A stretch of 24,710 nucleotides of DNA. Source: Octopus sinensis. Taxonomy: Eukaryota. The notes under the pieces are model-generated. The model was not told the origin of the DNA. It was given only the letters and a program-made list of their open reading frames with translations, and did not search any database. Made by a program: the position numbers and the translations under genes. The stretch lies in NCBI RefSeq assembly GCF_006345805.1, contig NW_021836327.1:1-24710 (forward strand), given 5' to 3'. Below, piece by piece: positions 19,745 to 24,710 of the stretch. Within the stretch, counting starts at the first letter, position 1. Every line of letters starts with the position of its first letter.

Positions 19745-20115
19745 CTTTACTCTTTACTCTTTTACTTGTTTCAGTCATTTGACTGCGGCCATGCTGGAGC
19801 ACCGCCTTTAATCGAGCAACTCGACCCCGGGACTTATTCTTTTGTAAGCCCAGTACTTATTCTATCGGTCTCTTTTGCCGAACCGCTAAGTGACGGGGAC
19901 ATAAACACACCAGCATCGGTTGTCACAAACGCATATATATATACATATATATGACGGGCTTCTTTCAGTTTCCGTCTACCAAATCCACTCACAAGGTTTT
20001 GGTCAGCCCGAGGCTATAGTAGAAGACACTTGCCCAAGGTGCCACGCAGTGGGACTGAACCCGAAACCATGTGGTTGGTAAACAAGCTACTTACCACACA
20101 GCCACTCCTGCGCCT
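19745..20115 (-). mobile_element. SINE family B, full length
   Basis: tRNA-like head AGGCGCAGGAGTGGCTGTGTGGTAAG (A box), GGTTCAGTCCC (B box); internal TA tract at ~19935-19952; tail ends in GAGTAAA-type repeats. Confidence 0.92.
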
Positions 20116-20868
20116 ATATATAAATAAATATATATATATATATATATATATCTTACTTTTTAAAATACGCATTCTTTTGATTTTGATTTTTTTTTTTTTT
20201 TGAATAATTAAAAAATAACACGTATGGTTTAATTTAAATTTATTTACGTTCTTCTGGAGAGAGTTCAAGCCATTTGCTTACAAAGCGAAAAGACTTTTCT
20301 CAGTTAAGAGAGTTCCCACTATTTGTGAATATGTGATTGAGTTGGTGTGTTTGTTTGAACTGCCGATGCACACAGTCAAGTGTATTTATCTATTTATCTA
20401 AAGAATTTCGGTTGGAGATTCTTTGGACTGTCTCACAAATCTTCACTGCGCTGCTAATAGATTGGATTTGGAGATTCCGCATCAGTTTCTTTCTCCTCTC
20501 TTTCAAAAATTTAGTATTTATAGATTTTGGTATATGTATGCTTAATAAATGAATGAATGAGCTTCCTTTGAGTTTCATTTAAGATCTTCTTGAGTTCAAA
20601 CTGGTTGCTAACAAAGCGACGAAACATTTTGAGCTAAGAATCGATTCGGTACCGGACAGGGATCCTGGACAACTTTTCCAGTTTTTTACTTAATTTTTGA
20701 CAGCGGTCGGGTCCATTTTTAGTATTCTCGTTTGTGAGAGCAGTTGAGTTTATTTCAGATATTCTCATTATAAAAATCATCTCTGGCTAATCGTTGAGAG
20801 GACATTGGTGTTGCCTTGGCGGAGGTTTGCGCTCTCTGAGTGCTCTTGTTAATATTAATATTATCATT

Positions 20869-21630
20869 AAGGCGGCGAGCTGGCAGAATCGTTAGCACGC
20901 CGGGCGAAATGTTTAGCGGTATTTCGTCTGCAGCTAGATTCTGAGTTCAAATTCCGCCGAGGTCGACTTTGCCTTTAATCCTTTCGGGGTCAATTAAATA
21001 AGTACCAGTTACGCACTGGGGTCGATATAATCGACTTAATCCGTTTGTCTGTCCTTGTTTGTCCTCTCTGTGTTTAGCCCCTTATGGGTAGTAAAGAAAT
21101 AGGTATTTCGTCTGCCGCTACGTTCTGAGTTCAAATTCCGCCGAGGTCGACTTTGCCTTTCATCCTTTCGGGGTCAATTAAATAAGTACCAGTTGCGCAC
21201 TGGGGTCGATATAATCGACTTAATCCATTTGTCTGTCCTTGTTTGTCCTCTCTGTGTTTAGCCCCTTGTGGGTAGTAAAGAAATAGGTATTTCGTCTGCT
21301 GCTACATTCTGAGTTCAAATTCCGCCGAGATCGACTTTGCCTTTCATCTATCGGGGTCAATTAAATAAGTACCAGTTACGCACTGGGGTCGATATAATCG
21401 ACTTAATCCGTTTGTCTGTCCTTGTTTGTCCTCTCTGTGTTTAGCCCCTTGTGGGTAGTAAAGAAATAGGTATTTCGTCTGCTGCTACGATCTGAGTTCA
21501 AATTCCGCTGAGTTCAACTTCTCCTTTCATCCTCTTGGGATCAATAAATTAAGTACCAGTCAGGCACTGGGGTCGATCTAATCGACTAGTCCCCTCCCCC
21601 AAAATTTCAAGCCTTATTATAGAAAGAAAG
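20869..21630 (+). mobile_element. SINE family A tandem array: one head and four bodies
   Basis: Head AAGGCGGCGAGCTGGCAGAATCGTTAGC occurs once; GGTATTTCGTCTG starts at 20918, 21102, 21286 and 21469 (periods 184, 184, 183); the last unit has a different tail. Confidence 0.95.
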
Positions 21631-21839
21631 CTCAGTTTTGGTCTTATTCCTAGTTGGATTTACGTGGGTAGCGGGTTACTACATGTAACTTTAGGTATCT
21701 ACAAGTTTCCAGCAGGCTTTCAAGAGCTTAGAACCCTCCTGACGATCTTTGCAGTCTCTAAGAGACAAACAGTTTGTAGGAGTTCTACCGGGGGTCCCAA
21801 CGTACAAATTATTATAGGCACGACCTTTACTATTATGCT

Positions 21840-21948
21840 CTATCATCATCATCATCATCATCATCATCATCTTATTATTATATATCATTATTATTATTAT
21901 TATTATCATTATTATTATTATTATTATCATTATTATTATTATTTTATA

Positions 21949-21985
<37 letters not shown>
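21840..21985. repeat. (CAT)n/(TAT)n microsatellite; (TAA)n on the minus strand
   Basis: Directly visible; abuts the R4-clade 3' end. Confidence 0.96.
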
Positions 21986-21988
<3 letters not shown>

Positions 21989-23283
21989 TAGTTTATTTTT
22001 TATAGCGTGCTTTCACTTCACTACCGAGCGCAGCTCTGTGTGCCTTGGGTATGTGCTGTGATTTGTTTGTGATGCTCTGATGGTTATTGTATGGCAAGTG
22101 TTCTGCGTAGGATGTGTGCAGTGCCTAGTAGTGCAATTTTCTGTATGTTATATGTGTTTGTAAGTCCTGGTGTTTTTGTTATGTATTTGTCTGAATATTT
22201 TTTTATCATGCCTAATGCACCTACTATGATAGGAATTGTTTCTGTTTTCAGATTCCACATTCTAGTTACCTCTATTCCAGGTCTTTGTATTTTGAGAGTT
22301 TCTCCATTTCTTTTAGAGGCACGTTGTCATCTGCCGGGATTGATACATCAATTAGAAAGCATTTTTTTCTTCATGATCTCTGACAACTATATCTGGTCTG
22401 TTGGCCTTAATTTCTCTATCTGTGTGTATCGGCATATCCCAGAGTATGGTTGCTTCTCGTTTTCTGTGACCTTTTCTGGTGTGTTGCCTATACCATTTTT
22501 TTTCTGTGGTTATTCCATAATGTTGGCATAGTTTCCAATGTATGTAGGTTCCAACTCTGTCATGTCTGTGAATATATTCCTTCTTAGCCAGGACTGGGCA
22601 GCTAGAGATAATATGATTTATTGTTTCTTGTCCATCTCCACATATTGTTTCTTGTCCATCTCCATATTTAATGTCGGTAGTTACTTGTAATATTTCTTTT
22701 CATTACATGTTTTTGGTAATTTCTGGTGGGGAGGCTTTGGTCTTGTGCTGCAATTAAAAATCCCTCTGTTTCTGCTTTGAGTCCTGAGCTTCTCAACCAT
22801 TGCTGGGATTTTTCTTTGTCTATTTCTTTTGCGTTTAGTTTAGTCCAGTATTTACCATGAAGGGGCTTTTCTTGCCATCGTTTTATCATGGTTCGTTGCT
22901 GTTCTATTTTTAGTTTGGATTTCATTTGTTTTATAGCTTTTGTTGTTTCTTCATCATCTTCTCTTCTTCTTCGTTTTATTAGGGGTATTTTCTTGTTTGT
23001 ATTTGTCAGCTTCCTTAAATACTGAGAACAGTTTTTTGTTTTGCTCGTGTTTTGTCGTTATCTGGATCAGTTTTCCTTCCTTCTGAAGTAGATATTTTTG
23101 CAGTCCTATGGTGGTTTTATATAGTAGTTTTCCAGCTGTATAAGGCCTCTACCACCTTCTATACGTTGTATATATAGTCTTTCTATGTCAGATTTTGGGT
23201 GATGCATCCTGTCAGTATTTTTCTTGTTTTCCTATCTATTTTGGACAGTTAAGGATATTGTAGCTGTAACTTATCACTGGGAC
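21986..23283 (-). mobile_element. 5'-truncated Dong/R4-clade RLE non-LTR retrotransposon, subfamily A
   Basis: VPVISYSYNIL, HHPKSDIERLY...GGRGL, KPLHGKY, LKAETEGFLIAAQDQSL, zinc knuckle CGDGQETINHIISSC, RLE motifs ANRPDIVV, LIDVSIP, EKLSKYKDL, IPIIVGALG, ALLGTAHILRR*; stop at 22084-86; (TAA)n at both ends. Confidence 0.93.
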
Positions 23284-24256
23284 TATTATTATTATATGTT
23301 TGACTTTTGCTTTACATTTGTACAAGTTGGCACCAAGTCTCACCCAGACAGCTCAAGAGACAACAAGTTGGAAGTTCATGTTGGTGTTATGCCTAGGCTG
23401 CCATATATTTGGTTTTGTACTTAGTGTTGAACTAGTGAGTGTCTAAAAAACCATACGAAAATCATGTTTGTTTTAAAACTTGAAATTACATAGAAAGTAT
23501 TTTGCGTAGGATATGAGCAGTTCCCATGAGCACTATCTTTTGCGTTTAGTTTAGTCCAGTATTACCATGAAGGGGCTTTTCTTGCCATCGTTTTATCATG
23601 GTTCGTTGCTGTTCTATTTTTAGTTTGGTTTCATTTGTTTTATAGCTTTTGTGTTTCTTCATCATCATCTTCTTCTTCTTCGTGTTTATTAGGTGGTATG
23701 ATTTCTTGTTTGTATTTGTCAGCTTCCTTAAATACTGAGAACAGTTTTTTGTTTTGCTCGTGTTTTGCTGTTATCTGGATCAGTTTTCCTTCCTTCTGAA
23801 GTAGATATTTTTGCAGTCCTATGGTGGTTATTATATAGTAGTTTTCCAGCTGTATAAGGCCTCTACCACCTTCTATACGTTGTATATATAGTCTTTCTAT
23901 GTCAGATTTTGGGTGATGCATCCTGTCAGTATTTTTCTTGTTTTCCTATCTATTTTGGACAGTTAAGGATATTGTAGCTGTAACTTATCACTGGGACTAT
24001 TATTATTATATGTTTGACTTTTGCTTTACATTTGTACAAGTTGGCACCAAGTCTCACCCAGACAGCTCAAGAGACAACAAGTTGGAAGTTCATGTTGGTG
24101 TTATGCCTAGGCTGCCATATATTTGGTTTTGTACTTAGTGTTGAACTAGTGAGTGTCTAAAAAACCATACGAAAATCATGTTTGTTTTAAAACTTGAAAT
24201 TACATAGAAAGTATTTTGCGTAGGATATGAGCAGTTCCCATGAGCACTATCTTTTG
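22826..24256. repeat. ~712-bp tandem duplication spanning the junction of two R4-clade copies
   Basis: 22826-23536 is nearly identical to 23537-24250; TCTTTTG occurs at all three junction positions (~22825, 23536, 24250). Confidence 0.93.
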
Positions 24257-24448
24257 AATTTCTGCCATTTTGGGGTTTCCTGGTATCTGTGCTGGGTAGC
24301 AATCAGCCCCTTTTGCTATCATTCCCAGGGCACCTATGCCAACAGGTACTGTTTTAGTCTTCAAGTTCCACATTTTGCTGATTTCTATTTCAAGATCTTT
24401 ATATTTGCTCAGTTTTTGGCAGGTCTTGACAGATACGTTTATATCGAT
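24010..24448 (-). mobile_element. Dong/R4-clade 3' fragment, subfamily B (partial duplicate at 23296-23536)
   Basis: QKLSKYKDLEIEISKMWNLKTKTVPVGIGALG...IQKIVLMGTAHILRKILSM*; 3' UTR differs from subfamily A; (TAA)n at both junctions. Confidence 0.9.
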
Positions 24449-24466
24449 TTATTATTATTATTATTG

Positions 24467-24545
24467 CTTTGTTTTGTATGTGATGTTCCAAGTCTCACAC
24501 AGAGACTTCAAGTCACAGCAATTTGGTCGTTTTACTATGGGTGTT
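24467..24545 (-). mobile_element. Possible third R4-clade 3' UTR remnant
   Basis: Minus strand gtctctgtgtgagacttgga...aaagcAATAATAAT resembles the subfamily B end gtctgggtgagacttggt. 5' extent uncertain. Confidence 0.45.
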
Positions 24546-24710
24546 ATTTATGATTAGCCACGGCATACTCTATGGGAAAGAGACTGAAATCTGAAAACTA
24601 AATTTCTGTTAAATTTAAATTTGTAATATTTCAATTTAGAAAGTGTCTTAAGTGAATCGGATATTTTCTGGTTGACAACGTCCGATATTTGTTGGCACAA
24701 TGGGACTATA

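Noticed and set aside
20220-20850. Possible transposon or exon remnant (DLLEFKLVANK... after tttcatttaAG)
   Set aside because: No clear donor, terminal repeats or recognisable protein motif.
20918-21630. CRISPR-like regular array
   Set aside because: Units are near-identical 184-bp SINE bodies with no unique spacers; eukaryotic context, no cas genes.
23224-24138. Two identical 66-aa ORFs (MFSYLFW...) suggesting a duplicated small gene
   Set aside because: Antisense to R4-clade sequence within the 712-bp duplication.

Overview
Repeat-dense, microsatellite-rich metazoan non-genic or intronic DNA, most likely from an octopod cephalopod (inferred from SINE families I recognise from memory). No intact protein-coding gene is evident. 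Contents: (1) a near full-length, disrupted Tx1-clade L1-like LINE (~5913-12752, +) inserted in a (TATC)n array, plus two more Tx1 fragments (3925-5080 -, 14670-15120 +); (2) a stack of Dong/R4-clade RLE LINE fragments at (TAA)n tracts with a ~712-bp tandem duplication (21986-24545, -); (3) a decayed Penelope-like element (PLE) RT relic (905-1475, -); (4) three tRNA-headed SINE families, one apparently sharing its 3' tail with the Tx1 LINE; (5) three non-coding insertions in (TA)n tracts, each with an inverted partial copy at its 5' side and a type I hammerhead ribozyme (HHR) fold. One of these (11773-12565) is about 1.4 copies of a ~475-nt monomer nested in the Tx1 3' UTR and looks like a retrozyme or non-autonomous PLE; this is the most interesting signal. 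Weak exon-like cassettes may belong to a + strand host transcript. Near-identical duplicates differ mainly by 1-nt indels, suggesting long-read consensus error, so frameshifts, foldbacks and duplications need read-level confirmation. All family assignments come from motif recognition, not database searches.
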